Shown here piece by piece: positions 23,423 to 37,200 of a stretch of DNA of 64,000 nucleotides. Location: contig NC_058369.1 in the NCBI RefSeq assembly GCF_018350175.1, positions 22,322,001 through 22,386,000 of the forward strand. Direction: 5' to 3'. Each line of letters starts with the position of its first letter. The first letter of the stretch is position 1. The translations under genes were made by a program, and so were the position numbers. The stretch comes from Felis catus. Its lineage: Eukaryota. The notes under the pieces were generated by a model. That model worked only from the letters and a program-made list of their open reading frames with translations, made no database searches and was not told the DNA's origin.

Positions 23423-26400
23423 CTAGAGCAGTGACACAGCAAAAGCAGACAAGACGTATACTTAATAATTTCCTTGTATTTGGGAGTAGAAAAAAACCCT
23501 GCTGAATCAATACTTAAAACAGCCAGATTTTCAACCTGCATTAAAGACTCATTCATGCAGGACCCATGAACTACAGACATCTCTCTGTTCCAAGTGACAG
23601 GAAAACTTTTTAGTGTTTATTATTGAAGATGCTACTACTATTATTCCACCAATAGGCCCCATACACAGAAACAGACATAAGGAAATTACTTATTCTGAAG
23701 TTAGAGGGGAGTAAATGTATCCCGTAATCCCTCCCTCAGGATTAAAATTAAATAAGAACATTTCCAGGAACTGTTTGTGAGATATAATGAAATACAGATA
23801 CAATCTCTTTCTAAATTCCTGGGCTTATGTTTCTTTCCAAGATAGTTCAGGCCAAAAGGATCCTTAATGATGCCCTGGTCCGGGGACCAGCAGCAGATCT
23901 TTAACATGAAAGCTAAAACTGAAGTTTTTCTGGCCAAGACCCGCCAGTCTTCTCCTTGCCCACCCAGTCCTTTTCCAAAGGCATGGCTTCTGGAAGCCAG
24001 CCGTGCTGGTCTGGAGAGCACAGCGGGGTCTAACACCCAGGAATCCAGGTGCCCACCCAGAGGTCCTTGCACCAAATCTGTGACCTATTGAAAGAAGTCT
24101 TTCCACTTGCCCACACCCTCAAGAGCTGCCCAGATGCAAGCTCATGCCTTCCAGGATTTTATTACAATTAGAATCAGTGCTGGTTTCGTTCGCATACAAT
24201 CCAACTGCACCATGGACAACAGACCTTGGGCCTTGTGATCACGTCCACATTCTCAATAATTCGCCTGAATGAAGGTGGCATTTTGTTGAGAATTCTGTGC
24301 TGCAGAAATTCTTGAGCTTTATGAAACATCAAACCACCTCCTACCACCAGGATGGAACTGTACATCTTCTTTTTGGTATCATCAGATGCTGAAAAGACAA
24401 TGATATTCCTTCCACTCTTTCTTCCATATCCACCACTGGGCCAAGCCACCACCATCTCGTTTGGACAATTGAGGCTCCTCAAAGCTCTCTCTCCAACCCA
24501 CCCTCAACAATGCAGCCAGAAGAACCTTGCAAAACACCAAAGTGAACATGCTGCTGCACCCCCCACCCTGCGACTTGCAGGATTAGGACCAAAATTTCTA
24601 CGGGGGCCTACAAAGTCTACTGTGGCGTGACTCACTGCTTCTCCAGCCCTATCCTGGCCTCTCACCTCCCAGCCACGCTGGCCTCCACACAGGCCTCTTC
24701 CTTTGCCTGGAATGCCACCTGGTGACCTTCTCACCTCCTAGACCGTTCTCAAATGGCTCTTCCCTAAGAAAAGATTCCCTGCCTCCCACCATCTATACCT
24801 CCTCCTACCAGTAAAAATCCCTTATTAAGTCCCTCAATCAGAAGCTCTCAGAGTCAGCTCAATTTTCCCTTTTGTTCAACTTTGCAGCACCAGTCAGAGT
24901 TGTAATTTCACACTTGTGTGACAATTTAACTTCTTTGGTTTCCTCCACTAGGCTATATGCTCAACAAGGCTGGGAACCACTTCCTAACACCGGACAACGC
25001 AGGCACAAAGCATGTGCCCAACAGTTTTTCAATGCATATGCTACGCAGCACAACCACACCCTAGCCTGAACCAATTCACCTAACTGCTATCTTACAACGT
25101 GCTTACAACAGCAGTCTATGCTGTGAAGAATGGCTTTATCCAGGCCCAGGGCCTTCCCTTCAAACAGCGAGATGGCAGTCTTCCTGGACATCAGTGCTGT
25201 GAGAGCCTCTTCAGATTCATTGCCGGCCATCAAACAGTCTCCCTGGGAGGATCCCAAATCCACCTCCTGGGCATGGAGTCTTTCTGGAAGATCAGAGGAC
25301 TGGCCACGAAGATCCCCTTCAAATCCAATGGGTTTGGATGCAGACTTTCGGTCAGCAGTAGCTTTTGCAGACTTTAAATCAAACAAAAGGACAATCAAAT
25401 GGATGGTATGAATGTAACAGAATAGTGCTGATGTTCTCCAGCTAGACCCCACCCCTCCCTACTACACTACTTTATACTACTATAAAACAAAGGTCCACCA
25501 CTGTGGTGCAGAGGGAATACACACTAGCAGGTGGCCAAGCACCTGCACCCACTCCCACATCACCTGGGAGTGAGACGTGGTGTACAAAAGATGAGGGTGT
25601 GCTGACAATTCCAAAGCAGCCATTGGCAAGAAGGGCAAGTCTCACAACTATTACTGGTTGGATATGCAAATTGAAATGACAGTGTACACGGACATTTCCC
25701 CCTTGAACTGAGTTTTTAAGTGGAGAATTTCAGTAGAATTCTTGTGCCTGTGCCTCCTACCTAATCCTCACTTTCAGACCTTATCCAACCACCTCATGCT
25801 CACCATTGGGACAGGGACAAAGACTAGAAAAGGTTTATAAGCCCTCCTCTCTCCATCCTGAGCTGCTGTTTCACTGGGAGAGAAGACCTTTCATTTGTGC
25901 CCCTATATCAGACATCCTATTACTTGGATCATCAGCTCCGGACAAAAGAATTCAGCTTTTTGCCTAGGCCACATACCTTTTACATTATAATTTTAAAAAT
26001 AGGTGAGATTTTACTAAAAATACTCACTACTGGATAAACATTCAAAAGTAGATAGCTTTCACACCAAAAATAAATATCTTTATTAAATTAACTTTTAAAT
26101 GTGGACTGGTATTCTGAAAATTGGCTTCATGTCTGCTGAATGAAGAAATCTGTCATCTGACTTGAAATTTAGACTTCATCACATCTCTAGTTCTAAAAAC
26201 AGTATTAGCTTCAGTATGTAGTAGACTGCAGTGACTGCGCCGAGCCACTAATCACGGGCAAACTTCCTCAGGGACCAAGCTGTCTCCTCTCACACCAGAA
26301 TTTCTGCAGACCTGTTCTTGCTTGCTCTGCGTGGCCAGCAGATAATGCTCATCATGAGGATCCTCAGGGTCACCCTGGGATCTGTGCTGCAAGGTTGTCA

Positions 26401-28238
26401 TCTTCTGTCCAACAATTCCAAAAGTTGCTGGGTAAAACAAAGCCATTGGAGCCTGTGCAAGTAAGGAAAAGAATGATCAACCAAGGACACGTGGCTTTCT
26501 GAAAAAAAAACGATCTATAAATTCTGTCCTTCCCAAAACAAAATTGGCAGATCAGATCCTAGAAGGCAGACTCAATAAGCATTCTCTTTTGGGAGTAGCA
26601 TTATTTCTTTATTGCACAAGAGGCCAGAAAACTTAACAGAAATCATCAAACTGAATGAGTGATGTGACACCACAAAGAGAAATGTCAAAACGTGTAATGC
26701 AAGTGGCAAATAAGCTACTTTATAATTTCCTAATAAGAACAGTCCTTCTCTCTCTAAATAGTAACAAATCACATAGCAGCTAATTAAAAAGATGGCCCTC
26801 ATCATCTATTCTAATCTGTACTCTATCAGTGGCTTAAAAGCTGGTTTAGCAGGGGCACCTGGGTGGCTCAGTCAGTTGAGTGTCTGACTTTGGCCCAGGT
26901 CATGATCTCACATTTGGTGGGTTCAAGCCCCACACCAGGCTTTGCATTCACAGCGTGCAGCCTGCTTTGGATTCTCTGTCTCCCTCTCTCTCTCTCTCTG
27001 CCCCTCCCTCCCTCACCCTCTCTCTCTCAAAAATAAACACTAAACAGGGGCGCCTGGGTGGCTCAGTCAGTTGGGCATCAGACTTCGGCTCAGGTCATGA
27101 TCTCACGGTTTGTGAGTTTGAGCCCCGTGTCAGGCTCTGTGCTGACAGCTCAGAGCCTGGAGCCTGCTTCGAATTCTGTGTCTCCTTCTCTCTCTGCTCC
27201 TCCCTTGCTCATGTTCTCTCTCCCTCTCAAAAATAAAGACTAAAATAAAAAAAAAAATGTTTTTTTTTAAAATAAACACTAAACATAATGTTTAAAAAAA
27301 AAAAAAGCTGGCTTAGCAGCTAATCTATACCAGTTGACATTCTAACCTCACAAGGTTTCACACAAGTGCATATTCTCTCAGTGTGAGTGAACCAGGTCAG
27401 CTTTCTTTCCACCCATAGAAATATACACCCATATGTTACCTGGAGTTTTTCATCTCCTAATCGAAACTGGTAAAGTAGGGCAGGGGAATCCGGATGTCGA
27501 ATCTGAAACTCATGATCCTGAAGCCCAGAGATGTCCTGATTCCAGGAAAAGATGCTGTCAGTGAGCCAGTAAAAGTGCATGTAAACTCCTCAAATTATAG
27601 TTAAGCCTCTCCACAATCCAAATCTCACTTATAACAAGACTGCCCTGCAACTTTGTACCATCCACCTGGAACTTAGTAAAATAAGAGTCAAAATGTACCT
27701 TGCTTCCCTTTTAACAATTCCAAAATTTCTACCATCTGCATTTTTTTCATTATTGAGACATATGAATACAATTACCCAAATCAATAAGCAAATTTTCTCA
27801 ATAACTGCGAAATGCTACCAGTCTTAGGTTCCTCAAAATTCCATTATTCAGAATTAGATAGTCTGAAAAATGTTAGGGAAAAAAAAGTCTGACACAGATG
27901 CATAAAAAGGTAGGAATCCACATACAACAATGTTGGCAACATTAAGTGCTTCAAATGATGCCATTTTATTAAATGTCTGCACCTATATATTTATTACATG
28001 TAAAGGTGTATCTTCAACCTTTATCGGAATGATCAAAGATCCTAAAAAGAAAGGAATTTCTTACACACTCTTTCTTTAAAAAGCCAGCTGTATTTTCTAG
28101 AGCCTGAGACACATCCTGATGGCTCTGACCTTACCAAAACACCCTCACTCCTTAAGAGCTTCCACTTCAAGGCTCTGTCAACTTGGGTTGAAAGGGTGGC
28201 ATAACATTGTTACGTTTTTTTTTTTAATGTTTATTTTT

Positions 28239-28272
<34 letters not shown>

Positions 28273-31200
28273 CAGAGAGACAGAGCACAAGCAGGGGAGT
28301 GGCAGAGACAGAGAGGGAGACACAGAATCCGAAACAGGCTCCAGGCTCTGAGATGGCAGCACAGAGCCCAACGCAGAGCTCAAACTCGGGAACGGTGAGA
28401 TCATGACCTAGGCTGACGTCAGATGCTCAACTGACTGAGCTACCCAGGCGCCCCAACATGGTTACATTTTTAACTGCCTTTTAAATGTCTTAAATTTTTC
28501 CTGGAAATAAAAATAATCAGCAATTTTGATTTTGCTCCCACCTGATCTAAATGACAAAAAGTTTCTTTAAGGTGCTGTAGAAGAAGACAATCCATTTTAT
28601 TTGTTAGCTGGCATTCTCGGTAAGGGAACCCAGCTCGCTGCATCAGCCAGTAGAAACACCTTGACACGTCAGAGCCCCCATACGCCAGACAGAGCCTAGA
28701 GTTAAAAGAAAAGGCAGGTGGGTAATCTGTCAGTCAAGAAGGTGCAAAGGGCGTTTCAAAAAATCCATCATGCAGAGAAACATGACAAGTCTCAAAAGAT
28801 GTCTAATGCATGAATAGACTGAAAGGACAGGATGGACGGATGGGATGGAGAAATGGACTCCAGCACACAACCAGGGGCGGGCACCTAGGAGAAGTCATGC
28901 TATTTGCAAAAAGTCCAAGAAACAGAATACACATGACTAAATGCAGCTCATTCCTAAGTCACTATGTTTATCATACGCTAGCTGTTTGCCTGTCTTGTAT
29001 TCACTAGCATATCAAGTTCACAGGCAGTGACATCATAGGACAAACTCATGGGAAGAAAGTTTAGAGTGTACTACCCACTAACTGAATGGTTCTACAATTC
29101 GGAAAGAACACTGCTATGTTATTTTAGCAGTAGGAGACCTAGGTCCAGTATTTTCTCCACACTTTAAGAACCAACAGCATCAGCCAATACAAACAGTGGA
29201 TGAGCCACAATAACTCACACTGGGTTTTCGAATGCACCATAACTTGGGGTGGGAAGCAATAGAGATTAACCTTCCTCAGGGACTGGTTAGGCCCGCTTTC
29301 CAATGTTTCTCTACCCTGTGACTCAAACTACCTATGTGAGGGATAAGAACTACAGCATCCTGAAGAAGCCATCCTGGGAGCACAAGATGTTGCAGAGAAC
29401 CTGTATGTGCACTGCCTGTGTTGGGCTTGTCTAGGGAAGGACAAGCAGCAAACTTGTGCCTGATATCTCTCATATCAGTGATGACATCACAAAGGGAACG
29501 GACAAGGAAGCTACTCATCACTCACTGAACAATTACGACAAAAGCAAATACTCAAATGCTAGCTAGTTAGAGAATTCAGACCTGAAAACCTATTTTCCCC
29601 TACACGTCTTGTCTAAATAAAACTTTGCTATGAGCATAATTGGTATTTTCACTCCAGACCACAACAAGACACAGAGCTAACACTACACCAAGCAGGGATC
29701 TTCAGGAGCTGCTGATGTGAACTCACAGCAGAGAATTCCAACAGCAAAGGTAAAATCAGTGCTCTGTAGCCTTGCTAGAATTTGTATTTCCACAACTGTG
29801 AATATAATTCCTTATAAAAATTTCATTTCTAAGGGGCCCCTGGGTGGCTCAGTCTGTTAAGCGTCCGACTTCCGCTCAAATCGTGATCTCGCGGTTTGTG
29901 AGTTCGAGCCCCGCATCGGGCTCTGTGCTGACGGCTCACAGCCTGGAGCCTGCTTCCCATTGTGTGTCTCCCTCTCTCTCTGCCCCTCCCCCACTTGTGC
30001 TCTGTCTCTCTCTGTCTATCAAAAATGAATAAATGTAAAAAAAAAAAAAATTAAAAAAAAAATTCATTTCTTTTTTTTTTTTTATTTTTTTTTCAACGTT
30101 TATTTATTTTTGGGACAGAGAGAGACAGAGCATGAACGGGGGAGGGGCAGAGAGAGGGAGACACAGAATCGGAAACAGGCTCCAGGCTCTGAGCCATCAG
30201 CCCAGAGCCCGACGCGGGGCTCGAACTCACGGACCGCGAGATCGTGACCTGGCTGAAGTCGGACACTTAACCGACTGCGCCACCCAGGCGCCCCTAAAAA
30301 AAAAAAAAAAAAATTCATTTCTAACTTGTGACGCTTTATAGCTGAACAGGCTGTGAGGGGAGAAGGAGCAGAGAAAGCCACCTTCCAAGGTCCTTACCGA
30401 GTATTCCGATGAGAGACCCCATCCTCCACACAACACACACTTGTCTTCTGATCTCCAACATCTACGATACAAGTGCTGCTTAAACCACTTCCAAAGGTGG
30501 CACACACAGACTCCTGATGGACCACAATCCCTGAGACACAAAGGCAGAGGAGCCATCAGCTAGGCAGCAGTAAAGATCGTAAGACAGACATTCAGTTAAA
30601 GCTGGAAACCCCTGAGCAATCGTCCAAGCACAGCAGATCCTCTCAGAATAAACATTTCAAGAAAGCAGTGAATTAGATTAACTTTGTCAATAAAAACAGA
30701 AAACCAATCTCATTTCAGGTAGATTTCTCTGGAATATAGGACATACCTGAAAAACCCATCTTCATTAAGATCATATTCACTAGTTCTTTCACATGCTGTT
30801 TATTATAGATATCAGGAATCAGCAAGATACATCTATAATACTAAAAAGAAAAACAAAGGGGGAAAAAAAAAAGATAAAACAGTTAATGCTAAAGTCCGGT
30901 CAAAATAAATGTCACTACATTTGTCTTCAGAGAGGATTCTCTCTAAAGGATGGCAACAATGATTAGGGGCACGAAACAAAACCTCAACCCCCCTGCTATC
31001 TTTGGGGTTTAATGAAAACACTAATGTTGAAGTTGTGTGAGGATTTTTTTTTCCCTTTAAATTATTAAAAACTTGTCAAATGGTATCACAACCCCAGATT
31101 TCAAAATATACTACAAAGCTATAATAATCAAGACCGTATGATACTGGCACAAAAATACACATATAGATCAATGAACAGAATAGAACCCAGAAATAAACCC

Positions 31201-34200
31201 ACACATATATGGTCAATTTGACACAGGAGGCAAGGATATACAATGGGAAAATATCTCTTCAGCAAATGGTGCTGGAAAAACTGGACAGTTACACGCAAAA
31301 GAACGAAACTGGACCACTTTCTTAAACCATTCACAAAAATACATTAGAAATGAATTAAAAATGGAGAGGTGAGACCTGAAATGATAAAACTCCTAGAAGA
31401 AAACACAGGCAGAAAATTCTTTGACATCAGCCTTAGCAACATTTTTCTGGTTTCCTGAGGCAAGGGAAGCAAAAGTAAAACTAAACTATTGGAGCTATAA
31501 GTCTATAGCTATAACTATAACCTATAAACTATAAGTTTGTAAGTTAAACTATAAACTATAAACTATAAGCTATAACTATATAACTATAGCTATAACTATA
31601 GTTACAACTATTGGAGTAAAATACGTTTGCACAATGAAGAAAGCCATCAACAAAACGAAAAGGCAACCTTACCTGATTGGAGAAGGTATTTGCAAATGAT
31701 ATATCTGGTAAGTGATTAACAGCCAAAATATATAAAGAACTTCTACAACCCAATACCAGAAGAACAAATAATCCAATTAGAAAATGGGCCTTGGACCTCA
31801 ATAGACACAGTTTTCCAAAGACATAGAGATGGCCAACAGACACATGAAAGGATGCTCAACATCACTAATCATTAGGCAAATGCAAATCAAAACCACAATG
31901 AGATATCACCTCACAACTGTCAGAATGGCTAGCATCAAACAGACAAGAAATAATGGGTGTTGGCAAGGATGTGAAGAAAAAGGAACACTGTTGGTAGGAA
32001 TGTAAATTGGTACAGCTGCTACGGACAACAGAATGGAGATTCTAAAAAAATTAGAAATAGAAATAACGCACAATCCACGGTAGTAGTAACTCCACTACTA
32101 TTACCCAAAGAAAATGAAAACAGTAATTTTAAAAAATATATGCATTCCTAATTTCAGTGAAGCATTATTTACTACAGCCAAGATATGGAAGCAACCTAAG
32201 TGTCCACTAATAGATAAATGGATAAAGAAGATTGGTATATACATATAATAGAATATTACTCAGCTATATAAAAGAATGAGATCTTGCTATCTGCAATAAC
32301 ATGGATGGACCTAGAAGGTATTATGCTAAGTACAGTAAGTCAAAGAAAGATAAATACCATACGATTTCACTTACATGTGGAATCTAAAATACAAAACAAA
32401 TGAAAAACCAAAAAAGCAGAAACAGACCCATAAATACAGAGAACAAATTAGTAGTTGCCAGATGCAAGGAAGGTGGGGGATGGGAAAAATGCGTGAAAGA
32501 AAGTGGGAGATAGCGGTTTCCAGTTATAGAATGAATAGAATGAATGGGGATGAAAAATACAGCATAGGGAATACAGTCCTCGGTATTGTAACAGCACAGT
32601 ATGGGGACAGACAGTAGCTACACTTGGGGTAAGCGCAGCATTATGTATAGTGTTGCCAAATCACTGTGCTGTACCTGAAACTAATGTGTCATTGTATGTC
32701 AACTATACTTCGATTAAAAAAGAAAACCAAAACCAAAAACAAATTTTGTGAAATTAAAAATAAGACAAACATATGTCCCAAAAAAGGCCCAGAGAGAAGG
32801 CATAAACATGAGCAAGTTTGCTGGTTGCAGAGCAGTAGAGACAGACACCAAAGAAACAGTAAGAAAAAGAGAAGGCACCGGAACTGAAGTCAGCCAAGAA
32901 GGAAGATACCCTCCACACCTTAAGGCTGAGAATGCTTCAAGGACACTAGATTACAAACAACTCAGGAATACGTACTTAAACACAAGTAAGACAAGACTCT
33001 TAAAGGCAATCCAAGTAACTGGGAATTTTAGCTCACCTTTAAATCTTTGAGTGGAATTTCCAAGTATTTTTGTATTGCGTGAGACCATATTACTTCAATA
33101 TCTGCCAGAACAGCCGTAAGGGAGCCCCCAGGTCCTGGGTGAATATTTAACTGACCTCTTCTGATAGGCCAGTGAATATTATAACAGTCCAATGGATTAA
33201 CATACAAGGCCTAGAAAAGACAGAGAGATGAATGCATCGTTAAACTTTCCTTGGGCATTTTCTGAATTCACATTTAAACATCTAAGATCATGGGCATTGA
33301 AGAGGGCATCTTTTGGGATGAGCACTGGGTGTTGTATGGAAACCAATTTGACAATAAATTCATAAAAAAAAAAAAAATCTAAGACCAGAGTTACGATTAA
33401 CATTTGCTCACTATTCTAATTAATTTTTTTTAATGTTTATTTTTTTTATTGTTGTTGAGAGAGAGACAAGAATGAGCGGGGGAGGGAAAGAGAGAGAAGG
33501 AGACACGGAATCCGAAGCAGGCTCTGGGCTCCAAGCTGTCAGCACAGAGGCCAACGCGGGGTTTGAACTCACGAACCTGAGCTGAAGTCAGATGCTTAAC
33601 CGACTACCCAGGCGCCCCCATTTGCTCACTATTCTAAATGTTGAGAGTGGAGTACCTAACATCACAGGAGCCTGTGTGAGTATCTGGGCCTGCAAGGAAG
33701 ATGGAAGATGGTGAATTCTAGGAAACAACTAGAACTGGATGGTGCTGCAAAGTTCCCTACCTCTTCTCCCACCAAAAACTCAGGGTGATGAGACGTGTTT
33801 GTCCACTTATTTCCAGAACAGTGATCTAAAATTGCAGGTCGCATCTGCTTGTTGTAGGAGCGTGCCTGAAATAAAAGAACATCAGAAAACTCTCTGAATT
33901 TTTGCAAGAAAAAAGGAGAGGGGGAAGGAGAAATGTAGCATGAGTCCTCTTTTCTCCTCTCTCACATACCAGATATAGTAGATTACAAAATGTAATCACA
34001 AGCCCTAAATATCTGGCAAAATACTGACTGGTCACAGGAAGATTTTCTTGGCCTTTTCTACAATTGTGATTTTTTTACCCATGGTTTTAAAACCTAGACT
34101 GTGATTCATAAGCAGTCCAAAATCACTACTATACTCTGCTTAAAACTGAATACACATTTGTGTATCATACCAACTCACGTCCACTCCTAACAGTATTTTT

Positions 34201-37200
34201 TTATCATATTAAAATGACAAATGTAGGAAGAACATAGCTTCCCATGTTCTTACAGATCCTGGAATTATACACTTAAGACCATCAGATAAACTATAAATGT
34301 TTATGAACTTGACATAAGAAACACCATCTTTTCAATTATTCAGCATGCCCAAGCATTTGTGACACTGATTTGGATATTCTGTAGGTGGTTATGAATGGTT
34401 TTTTCTTCCTCTTTCAAGGAAATCCTATCTTTAATTTGCATAATGAAACCAAGAGAGCACACGATTGGCATTATGACACAATAGCAGTTAAAGAATAAAT
34501 CTGAAGAAAGAGTTAAGGGTGAACCTGTTCAGGGGACACGGGAATCCGTCTTGTACCATTTGACATCTTTTTAGACCATATTGCTTGATCCACCATTTTA
34601 AGGCCATTTTGTCTTTGTTCATTACTTTCTGGTTTCTGGGGGGAAAAGTGAGAGATGAGCAGTACAAAGGATTCAGTGAAAAGAGAAAGCAATTTGGCAA
34701 ACTACTAAATTAATCCACCAAGAAGAAATGCTCCCTCATCAACAAGTAGCAGTATTTCCTTCATCTTTGTCATACGTATCAATCTTAAGAACTCAAAGTA
34801 ATCATTTCACTATTTATAAATTAAAAAGTCAGAAAGGAACCCTCACCCATAAACCCAACTATTTGCAAAAATCTATAACCTTAAGGAAGTATGAATGACA
34901 AAATTTTTCACAGCACTGATCAGGATAGCTACTTTGTATTTATAAAGTATTTCAGAGACTTTTCTGTACATGTACATAATTCTCATTATTCTCGATTTTG
35001 TAACAATGCTACATTCACTCATGTGTTATTTTGTTTAATCAGCAGGTATTCAAGTTGCTGTGACATTATAAGGAATAGATCTGTAAACATCTCTGTGAAA
35101 AAGTTATTGTTTCCTATCAACTTTTACTCCTGACATTTATGCCCTACAAAAGAATTGTAAGATCCAAAAATATAAATGAATTTAGACTCTTATACTCTCA
35201 AGTTACATTTAGGCTTAGAAATGGGACTTACACAGTCTTCCAGTCATGCTAAAAAAAAAAAAATCCTAAAGTTTACTATTTGAAGTATAGAAACTGCAAA
35301 TTCCTAAAACTACCTTCGATCTAAAACTTAAACGTGGATTACGATGCAAAATATATATTTTAACATCTACCATGAAATACTTTCTCATAATTACTATCTG
35401 CAAGATAAGATAAAGTAAATGCTACCTATAAGGATATATGTAGTTTTGCCTTCAGATTACAATTTGACCTAAGATTGTAGTAACTGATTATAACAATTCA
35501 ATTTACTTATAGATTGAAAATACAAGCTCAATATAGACTGTAAGTATCTGGAAGAGAAAAATTTGGCAGTCAGTTAATAGAGACCTTAAGGCATTATTTT
35601 AAGTGAGTGACATCACCTTCATCAATACCCAATTCATATTGATTGGTGAAAAAATGTTGAATTTACTTTTGTTGTAATTATTTGTGTACAATCTAACACC
35701 GCTAGCTCAGATGAAAAATACTACTTGTAACCCTGAATGATGTTATTATTTTAAAACGCATTAAAGCTATGAAGATGGAGATGTTTATTCAAGTATACTG
35801 TGTATACCTGAATGTGTAAGCTCTCCCAAAGAAACCACCTTGGGCTTTCTCTCCAGATCCTCCATTTCTGACTTACATTTAGTCCTTCCCTTAGGAGCCA
35901 GTTGTCCTTGTATAGTGGCTGCCCTTGTTGTTTGTGCCTTCGTGCAATTACATGAGGAATGCTAGCAGGAAGTGTGTCTGTAGCTCGCCCAATCCTTAGG
36001 GTTGTTGAACCTGGGTGTATGACAACAATGAAGTTGCTCTGGATTTGCTGCAAATACAAAACACAGGAGTGTGACCTTGGTAAATAATATGCAGGTAACA
36101 AGTTAAATAACATGTAGGTAACAGGCGAGACTAAGAAGTTAAGTTTCCTATGACTATCAGACTCAAAGGTATCAAAATAATTCACTGAAGGTAGCTCTTT
36201 GAGAGGCATCCAATTATTGCTCTCTGCCTGAATGCAAACTCTTTTAGTATTTCTGTGCTCCCAGGATCTGACCACAGTACACAGGTCAGTATTTGTTTAA
36301 ATGAACAAAACCATAATTATCTAATGCAAGTTAACCTATAATTACTGGGCATTTCTGTGCTAGGTACTGGGGGTACAATGGTGACCAAGACAAAATCCTG
36401 ACCACCAGAGAAGTTTCAGATTACTAGGGGTCACAGGCAAGGAATACACGTGGGAAATACCACGACTAGTGAAGTACTACTAGCTAAAGCTGAATCACTT
36501 AAAGATGCTTAGATTCTAAGCCTCCACTACACATTTTCTGATTCAGAATTTCCAGGGAGAGCCACCATTCCTGCACGACTCCTTAGCTAGTAAGGAGCTG
36601 CCCTTGAGCTACGGATGTGTCTTCTTGTACGTATCCATTTAAAACATTTCCATAGTTTGCCCATAAGATACAGTCAGGAACCTCTGAGATCAAGACCCTG
36701 TCTACTTCTCTAACCTTACTTGAGGACCACTTCCTTTCTCTTTAATCTTCCTAATCTAGATCTCTCTTGATTTCCTGGGGGGGGGGGGGGTACCTGGGTG
36801 GTTCATCTGGTTAAGCATCGGACTTCGGCTCAGGTCATGATCTCACAGCTCATGAGTTCAAGTCCCTCGTCGGCTTTGTGCTGACAGCATAGAGCCTGGA
36901 GCCTGCTTCAGATTCTGTGTCTCCCTCTCTCTCTACCCCTCCCTCCACTCATACCATCTCTCTCTGTCAAAAGTAAATAAACATTTAAAAAAATTTTTTT
37001 TTAATTTTAGCTATCTCTTGATTTAACTCACCACTCTGACTTCCAGATCTTCACACAGGCAGCTCCCTTTGCCTGCCACGTCCTTTCTCCCTGGTAAATC
37101 CTACTTTCCCCTTCAGTTCTGAAGTTAAACGTCATCAGATTAGTTTTGCTTGTCCCCTTACAATATAACCTTATGGTACCCTTTTTCTTGACACTTGTCA

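Noticed and set aside
31084..32740. Active L1 / reverse transcriptase gene
   Set aside because: 5'-truncated, frameshifted and interrupted by a microsatellite
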